Below are positions 6,537 through 15,655 of a stretch of DNA of 64,000 nucleotides, one piece after another; the first letter of the stretch is position 1; each line of letters begins with the position of its first letter. Location: the NCBI GenBank assembly GCA_028280785.1, contig JANQLF010000116.1, positions 87,377 to 151,376 on the forward strand. Reading direction: 5' to 3'. Source of the stretch: Planctomycetota bacterium (GTDB taxonomy: Bacteria; Planctomycetota; UBA11346). The notes under the pieces are model-generated. The model made no database searches and had not been told where the DNA came from. It saw nothing but the letters and a program-made list of their open reading frames with translations. The position numbers were made by a program, and so were the translations under genes.

Positions 6537-7439
6537 TTATTGCTCGCGCCATTGTCTTGGGGAGCAGTGTTCATGCTCTTGAAATAATCGAGTCATTTGC
6601 TGTCGTGAGCTGAAACCACAGCGTTCGGCGATGGCTTCGATGCTGAGATCGGTTTGCAATAATAACTTGGCGAGTCCGAGGCGTTGTTGACAAATAGCCA
6701 TACGTAATGGGACGCTGTAATTATCAGACCAAATTTTATAAGCACGACTGCGGCTTAATCCGCCTGCTTGAATAATATCTTCAACACTCGCACCTTCATA
6801 AACGTAACGAACAAAGTAGTGAAACATTTTATGAAAACTCGATGGTACGCTGTGTGTGCGTTCTTCGTATTCATGCAAAATACAATGGAGGATGCTCTTT
6901 AAATGCTTTAGCCATTGCTGTGGTTTCTCGTGACGGTCATTGATGATGCCGTGAAAAACATTTTCTACACGATCGATAGGAATGTGCCCGTAAAAATGTG
7001 TGTCTTTATTTTGTAAATTAAAATCCGAATGACGAGGGGTGATGCCTTGCGATAAGGTAGCGCAACCACTACGTAATTTTTCATGAGCATGAAAAATGCC
7101 AGGGCCAATAATGACACCTTCACCAACATTTAAGTCGAGTTTGCGATCGCGCTCATAGGTGATGCGCGTCTGTCCGGCGATGCACAGGACCAAGGTTGGG
7201 ACGTGATGCATTTCAGCACCGGGCCAATGATCAATGCGATCCTTGTTTGGTTGAAGCCGACGCAGCCGTTTGAGTTTATGACTACATTCCTCGAGTTTGA
7301 GCCAGAGTGGGAGTATTTCGGTTGGTGAGGGCATGGCTTCATGATAAGGCAAAATGTCCTGTTTTAAAAGGACAAATTGCCCTATTACAGCCCATATTTC
7401 TTCACGCTGCTGTGAGCGCTGGATAGAATGTGCGTTCAA
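6537..7439 (-). CDS. AraC-family transcriptional regulator
   Basis: It has a C-terminal double HTH (GLSRSRAYKIWSDNYSVPLRMAI...IEAIAERCGFSSRQQMTRLFQEHEHCSPRQWR) and a cupin-like N-terminal half. The track start at 7439 is TTG, only 12 nt from the divergent gene. The first ATG (7334) is a plausible alternative start. Confidence 0.8.
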   Translation of the reverse strand: MNAHSIQRSQQREEIWAVIGQFVLLKQDILPYHEAMPSPTEILPLWLKLEECSHKLKRLRRLQPNKDRIDHWPGAEMHHVPTLVLCIAGQTRITYERDRKLDLNVGEGVIIGPGIFHAHEKLRSGCATLSQGITPRHSDFNLQNKDTHFYGHIPIDRVENVFHGIINDRHEKPQQWLKHLKSILHCILHEYEERTHSVPSSFHKMFHYFVRYVYEGASVEDIIQAGGLSRSRAYKIWSDNYSVPLRMAICQQRLGLAKLLLQTDLSIEAIAERCGFSSRQQMTRLFQEHEHCSPRQWREQ

Positions 7440-7450
7440 AGGAGCTTATT

Positions 7451-8602
7451 ATGAGCATTAAGATCGGCGTCATTGGCTGCGGTGGCCGCATTCATGGACT
7501 CTTATCACTATGGAAACGCTTAGGTGAAGAAGTTGAAATTACTGCACTGTGCGACACCAACGAAGGCGCTATCGAACGCTATCGTGATTCATTCAAATGT
7601 CCTGAAGCCAAAGGCTATAGCGATTATCATGAACTCTTGAAGCATGATGAGATTTCATGGGTGATAATCGGATCAATTAACTCTGTTCATGCTGAGCAAT
7701 GCATTGCATCGTTTAAAGCTGGCAAGGATGTTTTCTGTGAAAAGCCAATTGCGGTAACGCTCGAACAATGCCGTGATCTCAAAGCTGCGCAGGAAGAATA
7801 TGGGCGAAAATTAATGGTTGGCTTTACGCTGCGCTATACACCACATTATAATAAAATTAAAGAATTACTCAGTGCTGGTGCGGTGGGTAATATTTTATCG
7901 TTAGAGTTTAATGAAACACTCGCATTTAATCACGGTGGTTATATCGCTGGCAACTGGCGTCGCTTGAATGAATTTGGTGGTTCGCATATATTAGAGAAAT
8001 GTAGTCATGATGTCGACGTGTGTAATTGGATGGTTGAATCGCGCGCATCGAAAGTAGCAAGCTTTGGAGGGCTAGATTTCTTTACACCAGAAAATGCTCA
8101 TCATGTTGAGCGTGTTGGTAAAAGTAAAGATGGTAAACAAGCTTACTGCACCTGGCATCGCGATGGTGATATCAATCCATTTACCGCTGACAAAGACATT
8201 ATTGATAATCAGGTGTGTATTATCGAATTTGAAAATAAAGTCCGCGCCACATTTCACACTAATTTACATTCAGCGATTCCAGAGCGTCGTATTTACATAA
8301 ACGGCACAGAAGGTTCCCTGCGCGCTGATATGTGTACTGGTAAGATAGAAGTCGCAAAAATTGGTTGGGATAGTGCGATTGAAGAACATGTCGGTGAACA
8401 TAAAGGTGGCCATGGTGGTGGTGACGAAATACTTGTCGAACACTTGTATAAAATGATGGCCGAAGATGCGCCTAGTTTAACCAGTCTTGATGCAGGTATC
8501 GATGCAGCAGTCACCTGTTTTGGTTTCCAGGATGCGATGGATAACGGTACTATAATTGATATGCGTAGCTATTGGGAAACTTTGTGTACAGCTACGGTTT
8601 AA
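7451..8602 (+). CDS. Gfo/Idh/MocA-family NAD(P)-dependent oxidoreductase
   Basis: AAAGGAG SD precedes ATG 7451, whereas the track start at 7430 has no SD. It has a Rossmann N-terminus (IKIGVIGCGGRIHG) and EKPIA and GFTLRY motifs. Confidence 0.85.
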   Translation: MSIKIGVIGCGGRIHGLLSLWKRLGEEVEITALCDTNEGAIERYRDSFKCPEAKGYSDYHELLKHDEISWVIIGSINSVHAEQCIASFKAGKDVFCEKPIAVTLEQCRDLKAAQEEYGRKLMVGFTLRYTPHYNKIKELLSAGAVGNILSLEFNETLAFNHGGYIAGNWRRLNEFGGSHILEKCSHDVDVCNWMVESRASKVASFGGLDFFTPENAHHVERVGKSKDGKQAYCTWHRDGDINPFTADKDIIDNQVCIIEFENKVRATFHTNLHSAIPERRIYINGTEGSLRADMCTGKIEVAKIGWDSAIEEHVGEHKGGHGGGDEILVEHLYKMMAEDAPSLTSLDAGIDAAVTCFGFQDAMDNGTIIDMRSYWETLCTATV

Positions 8603-8618
8603 AAAATATTTAACCAAT

Positions 8619-8648
8619 AAAAAAACCCGCCAACAGGCGGGCTTTTTT
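8619..8648. terminator. bidirectional rho-independent terminator
   Basis: A7 - CCCGCC-aaca-GGCGGG - C T6. It sits between the convergent genes ending at 8602 (+) and 8654 (-). Confidence 0.8.
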
Positions 8649-8653
8649 GATAG

Positions 8654-9805
8654 TTAGGTATCCATGCGTTTACTTTCCTCGACAATGTCGAGTCCAGAAC
8701 AGCGTTCATTTACGGGTATTAAATCTGGAAAATCATTAGTGGGCTTGTCTAAATAAACATAGGCACAACTCGACCAGTCGTCTTTCTCACGCTCGTAAAT
8801 GTTACCCTTCCCATTTTCAACGTAGTCTTTGAGGTCTAAGATTCCTTCCTCTGGATTTGTTCCTGGTATTTCACGATCGTCGGCTAAAAATTGATTCATG
8901 GTTTCGTAACTAGCATAGCCAATTTGGTGCATAGAAACGCGAATATCTTTATAAAAATAAATGGGATCGGGTATGTGCCAACGATAGAAATTATATTGCA
9001 TATGTTCGCCATCAGCTAAGTGACAACCTTGATATAAATTATCGTATTGTCCTTGGCCCCATGCGGTACCAATATAATCTTCCGTGCCTGTGCCGCATAG
9101 TGTCGGTAATGTTTCATCCCCATCTAAATAAACCTTGCATTCACCTTCGCCCCACCAGGAACGATAATATAATTCGGTATTCGAAATAACGCCAACATTC
9201 ACACCTAAAAAACGTCCACGGCCTTTGGTTAATGGCAAGAATTCATAATCTTGTTTGAGCGTCGTTTCATGTTCGCGTCGCCAGAGTGCGTGCAAATAAA
9301 GCGTATTATCATCGACTGGATCATTAATGGTTATATTAACATCATAAAAAACCATTTCGATATCAATGCCGCTTTCATTTATCAATTCAATGCGCATGCC
9401 TTTTTTAAACGGCATGGGTATGCAACAATTAAACGAACGCCCTTCAGGATTACTTTGCAAGGCGCTTTCAAATTGAATTTGACGACCGAGGCCCTGGCCA
9501 AAAAAGTCACCGACAGGGACATCGATAGCCGCTTGATCGGCACCATCCCAGAAAAACTGAATGCGCAGACCGCGATAGGTTTGTGGCGTACGTTGGTTGA
9601 TGGTCATCCAGATGCGACGTACGCAGCCAGAACCACCATCATAGGTGGCTAAGGTTTTTTGTTCGCCGTTAGGGAGTGGGAAATTTGGAGAGCCTTTGCG
9701 CCCGTTGTGAACTTTGCCTGCTTGACCTTTTTCACCGAGCCAGTTCTCGGCACTAAACCATCGCGTTTCGATTTGCTGGGGCATTTGAGTGAGTTCGCTG
9801 AACAT
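8654..9805 (-). CDS. DUF2961 / glycoside hydrolase family 172-like protein
   Basis: GGAGGA SD lies 7 nt before the ATG. Motifs recalled for this family are present: GCVRRIWMTI, FFWDGADQAAIDVPVGDFFGQG, CCIPMPF, LHALWRRE, WWGEGECKVYLDGD, CGTGTEDY, YRWHIPDPI. Confidence 0.75.
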   Translation of the reverse strand: MFSELTQMPQQIETRWFSAENWLGEKGQAGKVHNGRKGSPNFPLPNGEQKTLATYDGGSGCVRRIWMTINQRTPQTYRGLRIQFFWDGADQAAIDVPVGDFFGQGLGRQIQFESALQSNPEGRSFNCCIPMPFKKGMRIELINESGIDIEMVFYDVNITINDPVDDNTLYLHALWRREHETTLKQDYEFLPLTKGRGRFLGVNVGVISNTELYYRSWWGEGECKVYLDGDETLPTLCGTGTEDYIGTAWGQGQYDNLYQGCHLADGEHMQYNFYRWHIPDPIYFYKDIRVSMHQIGYASYETMNQFLADDREIPGTNPEEGILDLKDYVENGKGNIYEREKDDWSSCAYVYLDKPTNDFPDLIPVNERCSGLDIVEESKRMDT

Positions 9806-10041
9806 TATTTTTCCTCCACAAAGGGAGTAATGCTACAAGACTTTGATCTTGGTCCAATTGGATGATTGCGTGCTAATTGTACTATCTGCTGTTTTAGCAG
9901 GCCCCTCATGCTTACTTGCAGGCATGTCTCAATAAGGGCTGATCAGAAGATCTGTAGCGCAAACAGAGCTACCAAGACCTTGCGTTCAATCCTTGTGTGC
10001 CGCAAGGAAGTGTTTAAAAGACTGGTTGCCTCGGAGTTCCT

Positions 10042-12006
10042 ATGTCTGAATCAAACTTTAGAGAACGTTTGCGTTATAGATTCGATGCATTCATGACTAA
10101 GGGCAGTGCCAATATATTCATGAGTTTGGTCTTTGTGTTTTTGGTAACGTTCTTTCTTCTTGGCTTTGCTCGCATGATGATCTTTTGGATTTTTCCTGAC
10201 CAATTTGCTCATTGGTCGACTCATGTAGAGCAAGATATTGGGATGAATTGGTATATTACCTTTTTGGAATTAACTGATCCGGGCAACATGGCACAAGATA
10301 TCGAAACATCACCGTTGTATAAGGTAGTTGGTGTGTGTGCTGGCATTGCAGGTATTATCATGTTGTCGGCTTTAATTGCATTTTTAACAACTGGCTTAGA
10401 TCAAAAAATACATGAATTAAAGCGTGGTCATTCCAAAGTCATCGAAGAAGATCATACATTAATTTTAGGATGGAATGAGCAACGTATCGTCGAAATACTT
10501 AGAGAACTGATTACGGCAAACGAAAGTGAAGATGATGCCTGTGTGGTTATTTTAGCTGACAAAGACAAAGAAGATATGGATGATATTCTGCGACTACGCG
10601 TGCAGCAGCGTAAAACAACCAGAATCGTCACGCGCAGTGGTAGTGTTACTTCGTTTTCAAATTTAGAAGTTGTCTCAGTCGCTACTTGTAAATCAGCTAT
10701 TATTTTAGCAGGTTGTGAAGATTCTGACACACTTGAAAATAAATCATCTAGCGATGCGAAAGTGATTCAAACAACCTTGGCATTAACGACGATCACTGAT
10801 TCAGAATTTTGCATTGTTGCCGAAATATTTAATCAGCGTCATCGTGGCATTATTCAACATACTTTTGAGGATCGTGTCGTCACCGTCGACACTAATGATA
10901 TATTAGCAAAAATATTAGTGCAGACATCTCGCTCAATAGGATTATCTACAGTTTATAATGAAATATTATCTTTTGATGGATGTGAACTATATTTTCACAA
11001 CACAGATTGGGGTGGTATCCAATTTGGCGCGATGGCCTTCCATTTTCCGGATGGGGTGCCTATGGGTGTGCGGCATGGTGATGGTAAGCTTTTATTAAAT
11101 CCGCCAATTGGCTATATCATGAAAGATGACGATGATATTTTAATTTTGGCCGATGATGACTCGACGATCGATTTCAAAGAAAAGGCCTTGATAGAGCCTA
11201 AAGAATTAGATTTATCACCAAATCGGGCGGATCAGCATAAGGAAGAAGAATTAATTATGGGTTGGACTGATAAGTCGCCCATCATTGTCGAACAATACGC
11301 AGACTATGTACTCGAAGACAGTAAAATCGATGTGATGTTGTCCAAAGTTTCTGAGGCCGATCGTAAGGAAATTGAAGCGGTTGATGCATCAATCGAAGGC
11401 GTAAAAATTAATATATTAGAAATGGATCAGTTAGATGAAGATCAGCTCTTATCTATTCGTCCATTTCATTATGATAATATTATCATCTTGGCTGAAGATG
11501 ATGGCAATGAAGATATTAGACAAGTTGATTCAGAGAATCTTGTTACCTTATTGTTGTTACGTTCAATTTTTAATGAACATGCCGAAGAAGCAGGTAGCAC
11601 GAAACTGATTACCGAAGTCTTGGATTCACAAAATTATCAATTGGTTTCAAAGGCAGGGGTAAAGGATGTGGTGATTTCGAACCGCATCGTCAGTATGATT
11701 CTGGCCCAAGTCTCTGAAAGTAGAGATATAATTAAAGTGTATGAAGATATTTTTGAGGAAGATGGTTCCGAAATTTATCTTAAACCAGCGAGTTTGTACT
11801 TTACTGAATTCCCGGCCAAAGTTACCTTTGCCGATATTATGCGCATTGCACAAAAACGAGCCGAAGTTTGCTTGGGTGTGAAGCTCAAAGAGCATGAAGA
11901 TGATACCAAACAGAATTGCGGTGTGACCTTAATCCCACTCAAAGATGCAGTTTATGAGTTAAATGAGTGTGATTCCCTGGTGGTATTGGCCGAAGACGAA
12001 TTGTAA
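10042..12006 (+). CDS. CASTOR/POLLUX-related ion channel with tandem RCK/TrkA-like domains
   Basis: 654 aa. It has N-terminal TM helices plus a pore-like segment (NWYITFLELTDPGNMAQD), then two copies of the HTLILGWNEQ / ELIMGWTDKS Rossmann-like starts characteristic of this family. Confidence 0.7.
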   Translation: MSESNFRERLRYRFDAFMTKGSANIFMSLVFVFLVTFFLLGFARMMIFWIFPDQFAHWSTHVEQDIGMNWYITFLELTDPGNMAQDIETSPLYKVVGVCAGIAGIIMLSALIAFLTTGLDQKIHELKRGHSKVIEEDHTLILGWNEQRIVEILRELITANESEDDACVVILADKDKEDMDDILRLRVQQRKTTRIVTRSGSVTSFSNLEVVSVATCKSAIILAGCEDSDTLENKSSSDAKVIQTTLALTTITDSEFCIVAEIFNQRHRGIIQHTFEDRVVTVDTNDILAKILVQTSRSIGLSTVYNEILSFDGCELYFHNTDWGGIQFGAMAFHFPDGVPMGVRHGDGKLLLNPPIGYIMKDDDDILILADDDSTIDFKEKALIEPKELDLSPNRADQHKEEELIMGWTDKSPIIVEQYADYVLEDSKIDVMLSKVSEADRKEIEAVDASIEGVKINILEMDQLDEDQLLSIRPFHYDNIIILAEDDGNEDIRQVDSENLVTLLLLRSIFNEHAEEAGSTKLITEVLDSQNYQLVSKAGVKDVVISNRIVSMILAQVSESRDIIKVYEDIFEEDGSEIYLKPASLYFTEFPAKVTFADIMRIAQKRAEVCLGVKLKEHEDDTKQNCGVTLIPLKDAVYELNECDSLVVLAEDEL

Positions 12007-12036
12007 GTGCACTATCTCTTGCTATAAGCCGCGCAT

Positions 12037-12888
12037 ATGCTGTATCTCATACTGCACATATCTTGTATATTGTGTTTTTTCCAGCTTATGCGTTATGTAC
12101 AAGCGCGTAGCTTTAATTTGTGGCCTTTAGCTGCTATTAATTATGCCTTTGCTGGTTTATTGGCATTAGCTTATTTGTTAATTAAAAATATTAATCCGTT
12201 TTCTTGTGAACCAAGTATAGGCGTGATGGGTTCGTGCGTTGGTATTATGTATTTCGTTCATCTGATGATTATGTTTCAATGCATAAAGCGCGTTGGAGTA
12301 GGAATTGCAGCAACCGTTGCCAGTGTCAGCGCAGTCAGTCCGGTGTTGTTTTCTTGGATCGTCTGGCAGGAGGCACTCAATACGTGGCAAATTGCCGCGC
12401 TCATGTTGGTGCCATTTATGATGTATTTGTGCCGTGCTCAAGAAGACGATGAAGTGCAACGACAGCCCGCCAATGCGTGGCTGGCTTTTAATTTTATAAT
12501 TGCGTCGGCCATTTCAATTTGTCATGACATCGTTGACCGAATAGCAGTTGATCAACAAATTCACTATTTAAGTTTTTTATTTATCAGTGCGGGAATAGTA
12601 AGCGTGGCCTTTGTGTGTGCCAGACGCATGCATTTTGTACGAGCTTCTTTTAGTTTTGGTTCAATACTTGGCTTGGTAAATATTGCGGCTACATTGTTTG
12701 GTTTGCTTGCGTTACTCCATTTACAAAGTGTTTTAGTTTTTCCAGTAGCATCTTCAGCAATTATTATTGGTAGCACATTACTGGCTTACGTATTGTGGAG
12801 AGAAAAAATTATACAACGCCAAGCCTATGGCATAGCTGGCTGTGTTTTGGTCATTGTATTGATTAATATCCATTCATTTATCGATTAA
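12037..12888 (+). CDS. polytopic membrane protein, DMT/EamA-like two-repeat topology
   Basis: 283 aa with about 9-10 hydrophobic helices in two similar halves, each ending W.E.L/W.EKI. The family assignment is tentative. Confidence 0.5.
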   Translation: MLYLILHISCILCFFQLMRYVQARSFNLWPLAAINYAFAGLLALAYLLIKNINPFSCEPSIGVMGSCVGIMYFVHLMIMFQCIKRVGVGIAATVASVSAVSPVLFSWIVWQEALNTWQIAALMLVPFMMYLCRAQEDDEVQRQPANAWLAFNFIIASAISICHDIVDRIAVDQQIHYLSFLFISAGIVSVAFVCARRMHFVRASFSFGSILGLVNIAATLFGLLALLHLQSVLVFPVASSAIIIGSTLLAYVLWREKIIQRQAYGIAGCVLVIVLINIHSFID

Positions 12889-13451
12889 CTTGCAATACGA
12901 AAGGTTAACGATAATCGCCTTTGGCGAAATTGACGGACACCGTTAACCATATCCGACTGACGTTTGAGAATGGCGTGCTGCCATTGCCAACGTGCTTCAC
13001 CGTGTAGTAGGCATAAACTACGTCGTTGTAATAGGACTTGTTTACGATCCATGTGCTTGCTGAGTTCCATGCAAGCAGCACTGCCGATGCTTAAGATAGC
13101 AACGTGTTCGCCACTGCTGTCATCATCAATATGCGGACCAATTCCTTGTCCTGGCAAATATTCATTCACCACGAGTAAATTAGGTGTGTGCGGTAGATAG
13201 CCTTGTTGGTGTAAGCGTTCGCCGATAACTTGGAGGAATGGGGGAAATGATTTACCCTGGCGCGCCTTGTCATAATGAGTGCCGTAAATTTGTGTGCGTC
13301 GTTGGTAGGGGCTGTTCCATTGTTCTTGGTCTATACATTGAATGAGAGCCGTCTCATCGCTGAGCGTTATCATTTCTTCAGCATAATGAAAACCTGGGAT
13401 CTCTATCGTAGGACTTGGACCGAACCAAGATTCAAGCAGTGACTCTTGCAT
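12885..13451 (-). CDS. AlkB-like 2OG-Fe(II) oxygenase
   Basis: The track start at 13460 is TTG; ATG 13451 gives 188 aa. It has HxD (GPHIDDD), a distal His (WQHAI) and RLSLTFR matching the AlkB RxxxTFR 2OG-binding motif. Confidence 0.75.
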   Translation of the reverse strand: MQESLLESWFGPSPTIEIPGFHYAEEMITLSDETALIQCIDQEQWNSPYQRRTQIYGTHYDKARQGKSFPPFLQVIGERLHQQGYLPHTPNLLVVNEYLPGQGIGPHIDDDSSGEHVAILSIGSAACMELSKHMDRKQVLLQRRSLCLLHGEARWQWQHAILKRQSDMVNGVRQFRQRRLSLTFRIAS

Positions 13452-13596
13452 ATAGGTCAATATAAACCCATATCTGATGATGCAAGGAAAGCCTTAGTAA
13501 GACACTGTATTTATGAGACAAATGCCAAGGCGCTCTTATCGAGATTGCAAATGGACACTGAGCCTCTAGCGTGATTAGGCTAGGCGCGCATAGAAT

Positions 13597-13977
13597 ATGA
13601 GTATTTCAATTAACGGATTTGATCACGTTGCTTTATCGGTGTCGCATATCGATGAGAGCGTCGCCTTTTATGAGGAAGTTTTAGGGCTCAAGCAAATTCA
13701 GCGTCCTGATTTTAAATTTCCAGGTGCGTGGTTTGGATTTGGAAACGGACAGGCCTTACATTTGATTGGAAAGCGTGAAGGCCGAGCGACTCAGGATCAT
13801 CATTTTGCCTTGCGTATTGATGACCTAGATAAATGGCTGGCGCATTTGCAGGCACTGCAGGTAGAATTTAAAGGGCCAAACCCTCGACCAGATGGCATTC
13901 AACAAATATTTTTTCAAGATCCAGATGGTAACCTCATCGAATTAGATTATGAAGAAAGTGCCAAAGCAGATGGCTAA
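13597..13977 (+). CDS. VOC-family (glyoxalase/bleomycin-resistance/dioxygenase) protein
   Basis: 126 aa. FDHVALSV...FYEEVLGL...HFALRIDD...FFQDPDGNLIEL is the typical VOC pattern. Confidence 0.8.
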   Translation: MSISINGFDHVALSVSHIDESVAFYEEVLGLKQIQRPDFKFPGAWFGFGNGQALHLIGKREGRATQDHHFALRIDDLDKWLAHLQALQVEFKGPNPRPDGIQQIFFQDPDGNLIELDYEESAKADG

Positions 13978-14584
13978 TAACGATGAAGCTGATTCTGCTT
14001 TAGAGGGCGCCCGCGTGAATATTTATTGCGTGCGTCACGGACAGGCAGGAACCGAACATGTTTGGCGCTACGCAGCGGATAAAATAAAATCACTCGGATT
14101 GCCATTGAGTAAACTTGGTCAGTTGCAAGCTGGGAAATTAGCAAATTATTTATCGAAAATACACTTTGATCATATTTATGGCAGCGATTTATTGCGCGCC
14201 TACGAAACGGCACAATTTATTTTAGAAGAGCATCAATACGCTTCGATGAATATTATGCCAGATATTAGAGAAGTTCATTCTTGGAATAACATTGAATCGA
14301 AACTTGACTCTTCCGTGATTAAAGAGGAACAAGAGCGTGTGCAATCATTCGCTCAAATGCTCAAGCGCTATGAGCGTGGTGAACAAGTCCTGGTTGTGAG
14401 TCATGGTAATTTCATTCGTAGCCTCTTAGCGGCCTTAGCAGGTTGTGATGTGCAGAGCATGCCACTGTTGGAAATATATAATGCTTCATTGACGACGGTG
14501 TTTATTGATACCAATGAGCGTTTGCATATCCAAGAGAGCAATAACACGCAGTTCCTGAGCAAAACCGAAACCAGCCTTACTTAG
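13949..14584 (+). CDS. histidine phosphatase (phosphoglycerate mutase-like) family protein
   Basis: It has an RHG motif (IYCVRHGQAG), SDLLRAYETA and VVSHGNFIRSL. An alternative ATG at 13970 would reduce the overlap with the upstream gene. Confidence 0.8.
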   Translation: MKKVPKQMANNDEADSALEGARVNIYCVRHGQAGTEHVWRYAADKIKSLGLPLSKLGQLQAGKLANYLSKIHFDHIYGSDLLRAYETAQFILEEHQYASMNIMPDIREVHSWNNIESKLDSSVIKEEQERVQSFAQMLKRYERGEQVLVVSHGNFIRSLLAALAGCDVQSMPLLEIYNASLTTVFIDTNERLHIQESNNTQFLSKTETSLT

Positions 14585-14719
14585 TCCATCAAGTGTCGCG
14601 TATATAGACGCAGACAAGACTTGGCAGCCCAAATGAGGGGTCTATGCTGATGGACGCTTATGCACTTATGAGAAACGAAGTATAGGTTTTCGTACAGATA
14701 GAAGAAGAGGGATAAGAGT

Positions 14720-15514
14720 ATGAAACGAGTCGTATGTTTATTGGTGATGTGTTGGATTCCACTCATCGCAGCTGAATCAGCCATAGAAGCGGTAGGCTTA
14801 CGCATTGTTGGACAAGGACTGGGAGCTGATCAGCAAGATTTACGTCCATTTAACTGGAATAGCGGCACGACCATTGCATTGCGCTTGCATTATCCGACGG
14901 GTGGCATTCTCGGTATAGATAAAGAGAAGTCTGCGCTTGATATATTGATAGATGATAAAGGAACTGATTTAACTAAGGCAAAGCCAGGGGCAAATACTTG
15001 GAATAACAATGGTATTGGTGCATTCCCAACTATTAGTAAAGACGGACGTTACATTTTATTGGAATTAAATGGATCTGGTTTGCCAATTGCCAGTGCAACT
15101 TCGATTAAAGCTCAAGGTCATATTCAATTAACCTGTGCCTCTAAATATGAAAGTGAAACTTTGCACAATATCGATCTCAAAGAGGGTGCCGTAATTAAAA
15201 CCAAGAAGGCAACCTATACGATCAGTAAAATAGGTAAACCGGATTGGGGCGATGCTGAATTGCAGGTTACCTTAAAAACCAGTGACGATACTGAAGTGAT
15301 CAAATCAATTATTTTTAAAAAAGCAGGTGGCCCAGCTATTGACGTGCAGCAAGGATTTACATCGCGCATGGGTTGGAATGGCAACTACACGACTGAAATC
15401 GCCTATAATTTTCCAAAGAAAATAGATAAAGTAGATATCTTTATCGAAACCTGGATGGACAAGAAAAACATCAAAATCCCATTCGACCTGCAAGTAGGAG
15501 TGGGCATTAAATAA
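14720..15514 (+). CDS. secreted hypothetical protein
   Basis: It has an SD-like GAAGAGGG, a signal peptide (MKRVVCLLVMCWIPLIAAES), and a beta-rich composition. I recognised no motifs. Confidence 0.6.
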   Translation: MKRVVCLLVMCWIPLIAAESAIEAVGLRIVGQGLGADQQDLRPFNWNSGTTIALRLHYPTGGILGIDKEKSALDILIDDKGTDLTKAKPGANTWNNNGIGAFPTISKDGRYILLELNGSGLPIASATSIKAQGHIQLTCASKYESETLHNIDLKEGAVIKTKKATYTISKIGKPDWGDAELQVTLKTSDDTEVIKSIIFKKAGGPAIDVQQGFTSRMGWNGNYTTEIAYNFPKKIDKVDIFIETWMDKKNIKIPFDLQVGVGIK

Positions 15515-15547
15515 AACGCACGAAATTGTGTGCTGCGCCGAGTGACA

Positions 15548-15573
15548 GTCTGGCATACATATGCCAGAATTTT
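15548..15573 (+). terminator. rho-independent terminator
   Basis: TCTGGCAT-acat-ATGCCAGA is followed by ATTTTT. It is nested inside a longer-range pairing TGCTGCGCC (15531-15539) / GGCGCAGCA (15584-15592). Confidence 0.6.
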
Positions 15574-15655
15574 TGTAAGCCGAAGGCGCAGCAAAAATAG
15601 GAATGACAAAGCAAGCGGGGGAGCTCGAGGGGCGAAGCCCTTCGAAATAAAAAGC

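Noticed and set aside
7334-7451. The AraC ORF (TTG 7439) and the divergent oxidoreductase ORF (track start 7430) appear to overlap head-to-head.
   Set aside because: This is most likely an artefact of longest-ORF calling. The oxidoreductase has an SD-supported ATG at 7451, and the AraC gene may start at ATG 7334, which would leave a normal 116-nt divergent promoter region. It is not evidence of unusual overlapping genes.
9251-9652. 133-aa ORF antisense to the GH172/DUF2961-like gene. Similar antisense ORFs occur inside the giant, VWA, kinase and pseudopilin genes.
   Set aside because: They have no SD and no recognisable motifs, and they sit within strongly supported genes. They look like chance antisense open frames in moderately AT-rich DNA.
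9984-9992. GTTCAATCC resembles a tRNA T-loop in the 9.8-10.0 kb intergenic region.
   Set aside because: The flanking bases cannot form a T-stem, and no acceptor or anticodon arms could be built. I did not see a tRNA in any intergenic region.
15574-15640. Possible third copy of the 4.1-kb hairpin module (GCAGCAAAAATAGGAATGAC versus GGAAGAATAGGCAAC).
   Set aside because: Similarity is limited to about 8-9 nt (AAtAGG core), and the characteristic hairpin 2 is absent. This is too weak to call without a computational alignment.
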